From assembly GCA_030390025.1 (NCBI GenBank), contig CM059432.1, positions 94,986,001 to 95,050,000 on the forward strand: a stretch of 64,000 bases of DNA, in the 5' to 3' direction. Shown here in pieces: positions 1-12,946 of this stretch. The notes below the pieces were generated by a model. It was given only the letters and a program-made list of their open reading frames with translations. It did no database searches and was not told the DNA's origin. The position numbers were made by a program, and so were the translations under genes. Within the stretch, counting starts at the first letter, position 1. Each line of letters starts with the position of its first letter. The DNA is from Squalus acanthias. Its lineage: Eukaryota.

Positions 1-529
1 GATTGTCATGTGTGCAAAATGACTGGTATTTTTGCCTGTATAAGTTACTACACTTCAAATTAATTCATCGTATGTGAAGCACTTTGAGAACATTTGAAAC
101 AAGTGATGAGATGCTATATAAACACAATTCTTGTCTTTGTTTCATCACTTTTCATACATATTAGTTGATCTCCTGTGGTGTCAACACAGTAACCAAGACC
201 AAGTGCTATTTTCAGTTCCAAGAGCGTTAGAGGGCAGGGGGGCTAATTGCATCGGGGGGGAGGAGGATAGGGAAAGGGCAGGGGCCCATGGAAGATTGGG
301 TGGGTGGGGAAAACAACATCAGGTGGTGGAGAGGAAAAATAGAAGATGTACCGTGGGGAGAAACTATCTTAGTGTGGGAAGGTGCCCCAATTTTCTTTTT
401 TTTAATAAATTCTGATTTTTTTTCGATGTATAAGGATGCCCCAATATTTGAAACAGCAAATGATCTGATATTTCAAGTTTGAAGAGGTCCTGATTTTTTT
501 TTTATATATAGAAAAAACAGATGAAATAC

Positions 530-1790
530 TGTGCTGGCAAGATAATTGGCTCAGTGGCAGAAAGCAAAGGGTAATGGTCGGGTGTTTTTGTGACTGGAAG
601 GCTGTTTCCAGTGGGGTTCTGCAGGGCTCAGTACTAGGTCCCTTGCTTTTTGTGGTATATGTCAATGATTTAGACTTCAGTGTAAGGGGCATGCAACATT
701 CCCACTAAGCTGTGTAGCCGCACAGCGGTCTGGAGGTTCTGCGCAGACCACTCACCAGCTTTTCAGTGGAGGAAACAGCGCACGTGCGAAAATTTGAATG
801 GGCCACGCAGCCAGTTAAAGGGACTGCACATGAAAAAAAAATTAGAGGGAACATTGGGGCATGATTAAGAAGTTTGCAGATGATACAAGAATTGGCTGTG
901 TGGTTGATAGTGAGGAAGAAAGCTGTAGACTGCGTGAAAATATTAATGGACTGGTCAGGTGGGCAGAAAAGTGGCAAATGAAATTCAATCTAGAAAAGTG
1001 TGAGGTAATGTATTTGGGATGGGTTAACAAGGCAAGGGAATAAACAATAAATGGTAGGATACTGAAGTGTAAAGGAATGGAGGGACCTTAGCGTGCATAT
1101 CCACAGATCCCTGAGGGTAGCAGGACTGGTAGATAAGGTAGTTAAGGCATATGGGATACTTTCCTTTATTAGCCGATGCATAGAATATAAGAGCAGGGAG
1201 GTTATACCTGAACACTGTAAAACACTAGTTAGGCCACAGCTAGAGTACTGTTTACAGTTCTGGTCACCCCATTACAGAAAGGGATGTGATTGCACGAGAG
1301 AGGATACAGAGGAGATTTACGAGGATGTTGCCAGAACTGGAGAATTTTAGCTATGAGGAAAGATTGGACAGGCTGGTGCTTTATTCTTTGGAACAAAGGA
1401 GGCTGGGGAGATTTAATTGAGGTGTATAAAATTGAGGGGCCTAGATAGAGTGGACAGGAAGGACCTATTTCCCTTAGCAGAGAGGTTAATAACCAGGAGG
1501 CATAAATTTAAAGTAATTGGTAAAGGATTAGAGAGAAGTTGAGGAGAAATATTTTCACCCAGAGGGTGGTGGGGGTCTGGATGGCACTGCCTGAAAGGTA
1601 GAGACAGGAACCCTCGTCGCATTTAAAAAGTACTTGGATATGCACTTGAGGTGCCGTAACCTGCAAGGCTACGAATCAAGAGTTGGAAAGTGGGATTAGG
1701 CTGGATACCTCTTTTTCGGCTGGCACTGGCACAGGCACGTTGGGCCGAATGGCCTCTTTCTGTGCTGTGAATTTCTATGATTCTATGATT
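530..1790 (+). mobile_element. 5'-truncated CR1-clade LINE (RT C-terminus and 3' tail), interrupted by a hAT MITE
   Basis: ORF fragments with KFADDTRIG (861-1043) and LVRPQLEYCLQFWSP (1093-1350); ends in GGCCGAATGGCCT...(TTCTATGA)n tail. Confidence 0.9.
694..856. mobile_element. Non-autonomous hAT-type MITE nested in CR1
   Basis: Termini CAACATTCCCACTAA / TTAGAGGGAACATTG; flanked by GGGGCATG (686-693) and GGGCATG (857-863); homologous inverted copy at 36934-37108. Confidence 0.8.
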
Positions 1791-2867
1791 TCTTCACTAC
1801 TGAATAAGCACCAATTTATCCAAGTTTGTTCCTGTGTTACGGTGCAAAGCATGATAATCTTAGAAAAGCTTAATATTGAAAACTCCTATCACAACACCAC
1901 CTGGAGTTATTGTAGGTACATATGAACATTTTTATAATGGCATTTTCAATACCACCAAGTTTATATAGGAAGTTTGCAATGCATTTTGAAATGAAATTTT
2001 GTGACACGTCTACTGTTTTTAATGTACAATAGATGTTTTATGCAATGGTTTGTGCACAAGGCTGCTAGTTTCTTTGTCTCTGCTATTCTTCTTGTAGTAT
2101 GTCTTTTAAGGTTATCTTATTTATTAACAAGAGTTGGCCCCAATTAAAGCCCAGTACCTGTATTTCCTTTTGAAGGAAAGACATTTTGGTGGGATCATCT
2201 TTTGTTTTAACTAACACGATGAAGGATACAATTTTGGTAGTCTACTCAGTGGACAAGCTGCCTTTGTTCTTTTTAACCGGATATGATATTGGCTAGGTTT
2301 TTGTGAGGCAATTTCAAGTTCCTAAAAGTATATTAAAGCATTTTTCCCCACAGAGATAGGAATAGTAATATGAATAGCTTTACATTGCAGATATCTTATT
2401 CGAGTTGGGTATACAAATCATACTGAAATGCTCTTCTAGCATCTTTCAGTAATGAACGATCTTAGTTTACAATTACTTGGGTGGTGAAACAGCAACACTG
2501 TTGAATATAAATGTACATTATTTCAGACAAATTAATTAATAGCTGAATGGACCCACATCAAATTTTTATATGCACAACTGAATTTTCTTTGAACTTAAAT
2601 GGGAGGTTATGCCATATCTTGTATTTTAGTTTGAGGAGATTTCCTTTAACAGGAGCCCGCAAACTTATCAAATGATAAATTGGTGGGGTATAGCTGTTCA
2701 AATATGGTATGATTGTTACATTGAGTTGATATTAAAGCTATAGGAAATTATTGTAATTTATGTGTAATGCAAGACAAAATTAGATCTATCTGTGATTTAC
2801 TCTTCAAAATAATAATCCTGCAAGTTAAAAGTGGAAAGATTTATTTTGTCTGCAGTTTTTTTAATAA

Positions 2868-3140
<273 letters not shown>

Positions 3141-3867
3141 TAGTTTGGCATAGTAGCAGTCACAAAATAAATTAATTTTGCCAACTCGCTATGTAGTAAT
3201 TTTAAATGTTTGTGAAGCTTAGCTTTTTTAAAAAAACAAATTAACATTAACCTTTTGATAATTTTTATTGTTGGTAGTAAGGTTATAGTATGTTTAGAGA
3301 ACCAGACAAACCATTAAAAATATTGGGTGGTGGTCGGTTAAGTACTCAGTAATAAAGATAAAGACTTGTCATTGTACCAACAAATGTTGCAAGGTTGTTG
3401 CCCTTGTACAGTAATAAAATTTTATTTGTTGGGTTTTGTGGACACATCCTTATATTGCATATAATGAAACCTATAAAGGCGTCTCCTTGGCGCGAAGAAT
3501 TTATGTACCTGTGGGCTCTGCCACAGAGGAGTGGTGGGATAAAGGTTTGTGTCTGATTCGCTGCACAACAAAGTTACAATCTTGCACAGATTATGTGGGG
3601 AAAGACTACATTGTTTTGGAATATGTAGGTTTTTTTCTTTTAAATATGTTTACTGTGCAAGCAGTGATAGTGCATTGGCATGATGTGATCGAGCACCAAT
3701 GCCTCATGCCATAACAGCACAGGATGCAGACAGCATTTCAAATGCTTTTAAGCTCCTAACACCAGTAGCAATTTCTGATCTCTCAGCCACAGTTGGTACA
3801 TGCCTTGGAGAGACCATGGGAAGAAAATAGTGATTTTGTGTACGTTCAATATTTTTTTTAAAGGAGT

Positions 3868-4170
3868 AGGCTCAATGAGTTGATGCAGTGACTAGCTGAG
3901 CCATGCAGACCTGGAAGGTCCCAGATTTGATCTGTTGTCTGTGCTGAATTTGCTAATCTCAGCAGGCGCTAGAAGTGCTACAGGTGCCCTTAGTGCCCCT
4001 CAGTTAGAGAGTGGAAAATTAGCCAGCATTTCCAGTCCTGATTACTATCCTGCTGGAAGTGTGCATGTCAAGGTTCACAAATAAATAACTACTTGGCAAA
4101 GTACCTACGGGCAAATTTGGCCTTGGATACATACCCTGTCTAAGGAGAGTAGGGGGAGCAAGCTTTGAAG
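3868..4170 (+). mobile_element. Old, degenerate tRNA-like SINE; related fragments near 26990-27200, 62080-62290 and on the minus strand at 51310-51590
   Basis: Shared motifs GCTGAGCCATGCAGACC..GGTCCCAG.TT and CACTTGG.AAAGTAC recur at these sites. Confidence 0.45.
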
Positions 4171-4277
4171 GATTGTTGGAAAACATCTACCCTATATTTG
4201 TGTGCTTGATATGACTTGAATTTGAGGATTTGATTTTAATATTTGATCTCAGCAGGGAGCTGATACAATTATAATAG

Positions 4278-4490
<213 letters not shown>

Positions 4491-5186
4491 TAAAAGAAAT
4501 GAGTGCAACTTTCCTGTGTCTGTCTTTTTCTGTCTAACCCACCTCATTTGGCTCCTGAGGGTAGTGCCCTTTTTCTCGCCACTCCTTTCTCAATTAGATC
4601 TCCCTGCACTGTCTACATTTGAGAGGGCAAGGGCTACGAAGTCCCACAAGTGCTACTCTGAAATCAACCTCGGTGGCGGGAGGGGTGGGGGATAGTACAT
4701 GGGGGTGGATTGATATCTGTCCATCCTCTCCTGTACACTTACTCATTTTAGCCTTTTTTCTCTCCTCACCCTCCCTCTACCCCAGTCCCACTCCATACTT
4801 TCTTTCCCTTGATGTGAATCAAGTTGAATTTTGTTAGTATTGAGGATGCAGGAACAATCCCTATTCTTGGTGGTTTAGCATGCTGCACCGCTTGAATTGT
4901 CTGTTGTTAATGAATCTTATCTACATTAAGTAGGTATATATACTTTTGCACCTAATTGTGCTTTTATGTTTTTTATCACATAAGTAGATGATGAGGTTGT
5001 TACACGAGTTAGTTAAGAACTGTCATATTTTGCCCCCTTTTCCTGATGCAAACATTAACCCTATTAAAATCTAGTAACTTTCAATCTGATTATATACTGC
5101 AAAAGTTTGAACTAATTCACAATGGGTGAATTACCAGTTAAATCTTAATTTCCAGACTAACATGAAGTGTGTTCGATTACCCACAG

Positions 5187-5265
5187 ATTGAGGAATGCGT
5201 GGTATGTTCCGATAAGAAGGCAGCAGTGCTTTTTCAGCCTTGTGGTCACATGTGCGCCTGTGAGA
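5187..5265 (+). CDS. MIB1: MIB1 coding exon (RING2, N-terminal part)
   Basis: AG at 5185-5186, GTGAGT donor at 5266; [26 protein letters not shown]. Confidence 0.97.
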
Positions 5266-5589
5266 GTGAGTGTAATGGGTTTAATTCACAATGCTGTGAA
5301 TTGACATTTTCCAATATTTACATGTTTCTGTGAATGTAAACTAAGCAATAGCTGGAACATTCTGTCTTTTCACTGAAGTTTTAACTCGCTAAATACCTGT
5401 TTTTGATGTGATAATCACTATTTATGCCTAACTTTCATTTAAAGCTCAAGTTTGATTTGCTATAGTGAAGATGTGCTTTAAATGTAACTCAGTTCCAGGT
5501 TTATGTTATGTGCAGATGTTTATGCAACTATTTCAGTGCAAAGCAGCAGAATAATGTAGTAACAAATATTCTGAGTGCATGCCTACTCT

Positions 5590-5885
5590 TAAACCTAACC
5601 CGAAACCCTAACCCTAAAATACTCTCCAAACCCAAAAATAAACTGTAATCCTTGTCCTGATCCTAACCACCCCAAGCCTGGACCCAGACTCTAACCCAAA
5701 ACCCTAACCCTAAAATACACCACCCCTAAAAACACTCCAACCCTAACCACCCCAGACCATGTCCTGGACCCTAACCCAAAGCTCTAATGCTAAAATACCC
5801 CCTAATCCTAATCCTGACCCTAATCCTAATCATTTTGAACCCTGAGGACCAGGGCCAGGACCAACCTCACTACCATAACCCAAGC
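5590..5885 (+). repeat. Degenerate telomere-like (CCCTAA/CCTAAT) low-complexity tract
   Basis: Repeated AACCCTAACCCTAAAAT, CCCTAACCACCCC, CCTAATCCTAATCC units. Confidence 0.7.
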
Positions 5886-6895
5886 CAGGGGTAAGAAAAA
5901 CAACCAGATATTGGCAAGAAAAACAGGACAAGCAGTAATTAAAAGTGTGAGCCAAATAGAATTGGCAGACTCCAGTGCAACAGAAACTCCAGCACTTTCT
6001 GACCACATGAACACAAGAATGTACCCCACCAACTACCCTCTGCCCAGACTACCTAACCTAATTTTAACCCGAAAGGAGAAGGATAAACTCTTAAGCTTAT
6101 GTTTTTTGAGAATTGTAATACCGATACCTAAATTGTCAGAGGATAGTACACGTGGATTCCAGACCAAGTATAGTCTTCAGGTGAAGCAAAACTGGATGTT
6201 GGGGATAATTGAACCCGACAACACAGACTAATTCAGTACCCACTTTAAAATCATATGTTTTGTCCCTATTTTTATATATTTTCATTATAAATTCCCATGT
6301 CCACATTTATATAATTGAAACTAGCTATGTAAACTTGTCATTGTGTAATTGTACCCTCCTGCCAGTGATGGCACTACATTAAAAATTATAGTGGTCCTGT
6401 CACCAGACATTTAAAGCTCATCAGGTTTGATTTGCTATAGTGAAGATGTGCTTTAAATGTAACTCAGTTCCAGGTTTATGTGCAGCACAAAACTGTGTGA
6501 ATAATTTGGGATTTTTATGCAATTTGGGCTGTTTGACTTGCTATCTAAACTGTGGCTTCTATGTCTTGGCAATCTGGTCCTTAAAGTCCAACCACTCAGT
6601 CATATTTGTGTTTATTTATTCTTCTTCACTGAATATTGTGAGCCTGGAATTTTCTTAGCTTTATTGGTGGATAAGTCCTTAAGCAGAACGCCTAGATCTG
6701 TTGGTATCAACTTCTTGAGACATATGCGATTAATGGGAAGGTGGATTTAAACTTTCTGTGTGGTCCCCAAGGTGCCATGGTAAGTGCCCATGTGGCCCAA
6801 TACGACCAGCTTTGATTAAGCTGGTCTAAACCTTTAAATTTTTGGAACCCCCTTGTGCAAAAGTTGAACAAATCTGAGAATCAATCATTCCTAGT

Positions 6896-7918
6896 GCTTC
6901 CGATATGTCTTCCTTTTTCTTCAACCGAGGATTCCCCTCGACCGTGGTTGACATGGCCCTCGATTGTGTCCGTTCCATTTCCAGCACTTCTGCTCTCACC
7001 CCATCCCCTCCCTCCCTCCCAGAACCACGATAGGGTTCCCCTTGTCCTCACCTTTCACCCACCAGCCTCCACATTCAACGGATCATTTTCCGCCACCTCC
7101 AGCGTGATCCCACCACCAAACGCATCTTCCCCTCCCCTCCCCTTTCAGCATTCCGAAGGGACCACCCCCTCCGCAACACCCTGGTCCACTCCTCAATCAC
7201 CCCCAACAGCCCCTCCCCTCCCCACGGCACCTTCCCGTGCAAGCGCAGGAGATGCAGTACCTGCCCTTTTACCTTCTCCCTTCCCACTGTCCAGGGCCCC
7301 AAACACCCCTTCCAGGTGAAACAACGATTTACTTGTACGTCTTGCAATTTAGTATACTGTATTCGCTGCTCACGATGCGGTCTCCTCTACATTGGGGAGA
7401 CCAAACACAGATTGGGTGACCACTTTGCGGAACACCTCTGTTCAGTCCGTAAGGGTGACCCTGAGCTTCCGGTCACCTGTCACTTTAATTCTTCACTCCA
7501 CTCCCACTCTGACCTCTCTGTCCTCGGCCTCTTACACTGTTCCAATGAAGCTCAACGTAAGCTCGAGGAACAGCACCTCATCTTTCGATTAGGCACTTTA
7601 CAGCCTTCTGGACTCAACATTGAGTTCAACAATTTCAGACTATAACCCCTGCCCCTGTTTTTCAGGCGGCAGGTGTTGATGATTCTGCTATCCCCATTTG
7701 CAACATTTAACCACTCCCGCCTTCCACCCTATTACAGACCGTCCCTTTTGTTCTTTCCTCCCCTCCCCCTTTCCATGCCTCTGCACCTGCTTAAAACCTG
7801 TCACATCTCTAACTTTTTCCAGTTCTGACGAAGGGTCACAGACCTGAAATGTTAACTCTGTTTCTCTCTCCCCGTTTGCTGCCTGACCTGCTGAGTATTT
7901 CCAGCATTTTCTGTTGTT
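6896..7918 (+). mobile_element. 5'-truncated Penelope-like retroelement (GIY-YIG endonuclease and pLTR)
   Basis: ORF 7316-7645 FTCTSCNLVYCIRCSRCGLLYIGETKHRL...EH; flanking 9-bp direct repeat ATTCCTAGT (6887-6895, 7919-7927); hammerhead motif at 7821-7857. Confidence 0.92.
7821..7857 (+). ncRNA. Minimal type I hammerhead ribozyme motif in Penelope pLTR
   Basis: AGTT-CTGACGA-AGGGTC-ACA-GACCT-GAAA-TGTT-AACT: CUGANGA and GAAA core, stem II GGTC/GACC, stem I AGTT/AACT. Confidence 0.7.
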
Positions 7919-8616
7919 ATTCCTAGTACCATACCAGTTCACGTCAGTATACCTGCATGGATAGACTGGCATGGTAATCCATCTCATCTCATATAGTAAG
8001 GTGGCCCAGACTGAACTGAATCAGCATCACCATTTCCCCAATAGACTTCCGCTAATATCCCATGGCTTATAAACTTTACTGACAACGTTCATTATAGATA
8101 TGGTGTCTTCCACAGAAGTTAAAGGACTAAAACTTTTGCGGCACCATTGCACTACTGGAAGTGGAGCAGGGCAGTACTTCATGACCCCGTCCCAAATCAG
8201 TATGTAAATAGCAAGCCAGATTTGTTAATTTGTATTGCATTTAGTTTTTAAACCGAAATAGATAATTATGCAAATCAAATACATGCATGCATAAATCTAG
8301 CTTTGAGTAAATTGAAATCTAGTTTTTGGTCATTCTCCTTATGGTAGCTAAAAGTTTACATTTTGCATGTAGTATTTTTTTTAATGCCCCATTATGAGCA
8401 GGTGTCAACAGTGTGATACTTCCAGACCCTGTCAATGTAACAAACATTTATTATTGATAAAAATCCTTTAGAATACCATTATTATTTATTGACAGAAGCA
8501 GATAAATATGATATTTTAGAAAATGCTCTTGAAACACAAGTACAATATGTAATAAATTTGGGATTAATGAATATTCAACTGAATTCAATGCAAGTGTAAA
8601 TTCAATCAACATCTAA

Positions 8617-8800
8617 AACAGATTATCTGGTCATTACTACATTGCTGTTTGTGGGAGCTTGCTGTGCACAAATTGGCTGCCACATTTCATACATTACAAC
8701 AGTGACTATACTTCAAAAAAGTACTTAATTGGCTGTAAAGTGCTTTGGGACGTCCGGTGGTCGTGAAAGGCGCTATATAAATGCAAGTCTGTCTTTCTTT
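8617..8800 (+). mobile_element. 3' part of a Deu-domain SINE (SacSINE1-like) with L2-type tail
   Basis: ATTATCTGGTCATT..CATTGCTGTTTGTGGGAGCTTGCTGTG..AAATTGGCTGC and tail GAAAGGCGCTATATAAATGCAAG; same family as 31684-32217. Confidence 0.75.
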
Positions 8801-9062
8801 GAATTAAGTAAGCTTAAAATTGTAAATTGTTTCATTCGTTGTCGGCAACAAAAATGCCAAAATTATGAAATTTATTTATTTGTAGTAGATCAATTTAAAA
8901 TATGATCCTTTGATCCATTTTATGCAACTTACTTTCCCTGTGATCAATGCCCTGCACTTTACCAAGTGCAACTAAACTTACTTTCAATAGCACAGGCATT
9001 GAGAATTGTTCTTTTGAAAAGAAGTATATGTAGTTAAATGGCTAATTTTTAAATATTCTCAG

Positions 9063-9176
9063 ATTGTGCGAGCCTAATGAAAAAGTGTGTACAGTGCCGG
9101 GCTGTCGTGGAGCGAAGAGTGCCTTTTATCATGTGTTGTGGTGGGAAAGGTACGGAAGATTCCAATGATGATCTTA
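9063..9176 (+). CDS. MIB1: MIB1 coding exon (RING2, C-terminal part)
   Basis: AG at 9061-9062, GTGAGT at 9177; (N)[37 protein letters not shown]; phase 1 at both ends. Confidence 0.97.
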
Positions 9177-9530
9177 GTGAGTGACTTCTTACCACAATCC
9201 ATTTTTTATTTTCTTATGATTTTCATTGCATTTAAATCTAGATTTTGTTTCTTTCAGCCCAGTTTATACATGACTCTTAATTTGTACAATTAATCCCATT
9301 TTCACTTGTGTGGCATCCTGTATTAATGTGTATGTGACATCAACTTGGTTACAATTTTATCAAAAGGTGAAAAAATCAATCCAATTTAGAAAAGCAAAAT
9401 TAAAAAATTTTTGTAACAAGAATACAAAACTGGAATTGGCTTGTTTGCATACACAATATGGTCAAGTGAAAGGGTTTACCAAATTAAAAAAAAAAAAAAG
9501 TTTTCTGCAGATTTGTGACTGTTTGTTTGT

Positions 9531-12500
9531 GACCATGCTGGGACCAGAGTTCTAGCGAATCGAATAACTAGGGAGGTAGATAGGGCTTTAAACTAAATAA
9601 GGGTGGGGAGAGGGCCCCGGTGAAGAGAAATCTAGAATGCTAAAGAGAAAAGACAAGGAAGCAGTGCAGGAAAGTGATTGGGGTAAGGATAACCAGATTG
9701 TGTCAGGAAGGGACAGAGCGTACAAACAAAGGAGTGCACTAACAAATAGGGTCCGGGTAAGAAAAAATGGTAAGGCAAATAGGGCCATATTACAAAAAAT
9801 GTTAAGATGTCTAAAAATGTTAAAGACAAATTTAAAGGCACTGTATCTGAATGCAAGAAGCATTTGTAATAAGGTAGACGAATTAACAGCGCAAATAGAT
9901 GTAAACGGATACGATATAATTGCAATTGCGGAGACATGGCTACAGGGTGACCAAGACTGGGAGCTGAATATCCAAAGATATTCGATATTTAGGAAGGTCA
10001 GGCAAAAAGGAAAAGGAAGTGGGGTGGCGTTGTTAGTAAAGGATGAAATCAGAGCAATAGTGAGAAAGGATATTGGCTCAGAAAATCAAGATGTAGAATC
10101 AATCTGGGCGGAGCTAAAAAGCACCATGGGGCAGAAAACATTGGTGGGAGTTGTCTATAGGCCTCCAAACAGTAGTGGTAATGTATCAAACAGGAAATTA
10201 GAGATGCATGTAACAAGGGTACTACAGTAATCATGGGTGACTTTAATCTGCATATAGACTGGCCAAACCAAATTAGCAATAATACTGTGGAGGATAAATT
10301 CCTGGAGAGTGTACGAAATGGATTTTTAGACCAGTACGTTGAGGAGCCAACTAGGAACAGGCTATCCTAGATTGGGAATTGTGCAATGAGAAGGGGTTAA
10401 TTAATAATCTTGTTGTGCGGGGTCCTTTAGGGAAGAGTAACCATAACATGATAGAATTCTTCATTAAGATGGAAAGTGAAGTAGTCCAATCCGAAACTAG
10501 GGTCCTAAATCTAAACAAAGGAAACTACGAAGGTATGAGGAGTGAGTTGGCTATGATAGATTGGGGAGCTCATTAAAAGGCTTGACGGTGGATAAGCAAT
10601 GGCTAACATTTAAGGAATGAATGCATGAATTGCAACAGTTATACATTCCTTTCTGGAGCATAAACAAAAGGAAAAGCGGCTTAACCATGGCTAACAAAAG
10701 AAATTAAGGATAGTATTAGATCCAAAGAGGAGTCATATAAAGTTGCCAGAAAAAGTAGCAAGCCTGAGGATTGGAAGCAGTTTAGAATTCAGCAAAAAAG
10801 GACCAAGAGATTGATGAAGAGGGGAAAAATAGAGTACGAGAGTAAACTTGCAAGAAACATAAAAGCGGACTGTAAAAGCTTCCACAAGTATGTAAAAAGA
10901 AAAAATTAGTGAAAACAAATGTAGGTCCCTTACAGTCAGAAACAGGAGAATTTATAATGGGGAACAAGGAAATGGCAGAGCAATTAAACAAATACTTTGG
11001 TTCTGTCTTCACGGAAGAGGACACAAATAATTCCCAGAAATGCTAGGGAACCAAGGGCTAGTGAGAAGGAGGAATTAAAGGAAATTAGTATTAGTAAAAA
11101 AATAGTGCTGGAGAAATTAATGGGACTAAAAAACGATAAATCCCCAGGGCCTGATAATCTGCATCCCAGAGTACTAAAAGAGGTAGCCATGGAAATAGTG
11201 GATGCACTGGTTGTCATCTTCCAAAATTCTATAAATTATGGAACAGTTCCTGCAGATTGGAGGGTGGCAAATGTAACCCCACTATTTAAAAAAGGAGGGA
11301 GAGAGGAAACAGGGAACTACAGACCTAACATCAGTAGTAGGGAAAATGCTAGAGTCTATTATAAAGGATGTGATAACAGGACACTTAGAAAATATCAATG
11401 GGATTAGACAAAGTCAGCATGGATTTATGAAAGGGAAATAGTGTTTGACAAACCTACTGGAGTTTTTTGATGATGTAACTGGTAGAATAGATAAGGGAGA
11501 ACCAGTGGATGTGGTGCATTTGGATTTTCAGAAGGCCTTTGATAAAGTGCCACATAAGAGGTTAGTGTGCAAAATTAAAGCAAATGGGATTAGGGGTAAT
11601 ATACTGGCATGGATTGAAAATTGGTTAACAGACAGGAAACAGAGTAGGAATAAATGGGTCTCTTTCGGGGTGGCAGGCGGTGACTAGTGGGGTACCGCAG
11701 GGATCAGTGCTTGGGCCCCAGCTATTCACAATATATATCAATGATTTGGATGAGGGAACCAAATGTAATATTTCCAAGTTTGCTGACGACACAAAACTAG
11801 GTGGGATTGTGAGTTGTGAGAAGGATGCAAAGAGGCTTCAAGGCGAATTAGACAAGTTGAGTGAGTGGGCAAATACATGGCAGATGCAGTATAACGTGGA
11901 TAAATGTGAAGTTATCCACTTCAGTAGGAAAAATAGAAAGGCAGAGTATTATTTAAATTGTGATAGATTGGGAAATGTTGATGTACAGAGGGACCTGGGT
12001 GTCCTTGTACACCAGTCACTGAAAGCAAACATGCAGGTGCAGCAAGCAGTTAGGAAGGCAAATGGTATATTGGCCTTCATTGCAAGAGGATTTGAGTGCA
12101 GGAGCAAGGATGTCTTACTACAGTTATACAGGGCCTTGGTGAGACCACACCTGGAGTACTGTGTGCAGTTTTGGTCTCCTTACCTAAGAAACGATATACT
12201 TGCCATAGAGGGAGTGCAGCGAAGGTTCACCAGACTGATTCCTGGGATGGCAGGACTGTCATATGAGGAAAGATTGGGTCGACTAGGCCTGTATTCACTA
12301 GAGTTTAGAAGAATGAGAGGGGATCTCATTGAAACGTATAAAATTCTGACAGTGCTAGACAGACTGGATGCAGGGAGCATGTTTCCCCTGGCTCGGGGGT
12401 CTAGAACGAGGGGTCACAGTCTCAGGATACGGGGTAAGACATTTAGGACTGAGATGAGGAGAAATTTCTTCACTCAGAGGGTGGTGAACCTGTGGAATTC

Positions 12501-12698
12501 TGTACCACAGAAGGCTGTGGAGGCCAAGTCACTGAATATATTTAAGAAGGAGATAGATAGATTGATTTCTTAACACAAAAAGCATCAAGGGGTATGGAGA
12601 GAGAGCAGGAAGATGGTATTGAGATAGAGGATCAGCCATGATCGTGTTGAATGGCGGAGCAGGCTCGAAGGGCTGAATGGCCTACTCTTTTTTCTATA
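9531..12698 (+). mobile_element. CR1-clade LINE: end of ORF1, nearly complete but disrupted ORF2 (APE endonuclease and RT), 3' UTR
   Basis: ORF1-like C-terminus HAGTRVLANRITREVDRALN* (9531-9596); endonuclease LYLNARSI..ETWL..GVVYRPP; RT SPGPD, DFQKAFDKVPH, SGVPQGSVLGP, FADDTK; several frameshifts and stops. Confidence 0.95.
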
Positions 12699-12874
12699 AG
12701 GGTGCCATGTGAGTCTGATAACAATACAAATTCTTTTGCTGCCTTTCCTGAAGGTTGTAATTTGATGCTCATGATTGAGCCTAGATAGTGAGTGTCAATG
12801 GATTATTCAGTTGTATTGGGCATCAGAACTGAGCTTAAACTGTACTCCTCCATCACCCACAAATGTACATTTCC

Positions 12875-12946
12875 TAAATATTCTCAGATTGTGCGAGCTT
12901 AATGAAAAAGTGTGTACAGTGCCAGGCTGTCGTGGAGCGAAGAGTG
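12875..12946 (+). pseudogene. Partial duplicate of the MIB1 acceptor and first 59 nt of exon 9063-9176
   Basis: Matches 9050-9121 with only two substitutions. Confidence 0.9.

Noticed and set aside
5911..6231. 106-aa ORF next to the telomere-like tract
   Set aside because: No recognisable domain, non-ATG start, intronic and compositionally biased
6855..7319. 154-aa Pro/Ser-rich ORF
   Set aside because: Mostly an alternative frame of the C-rich Penelope element
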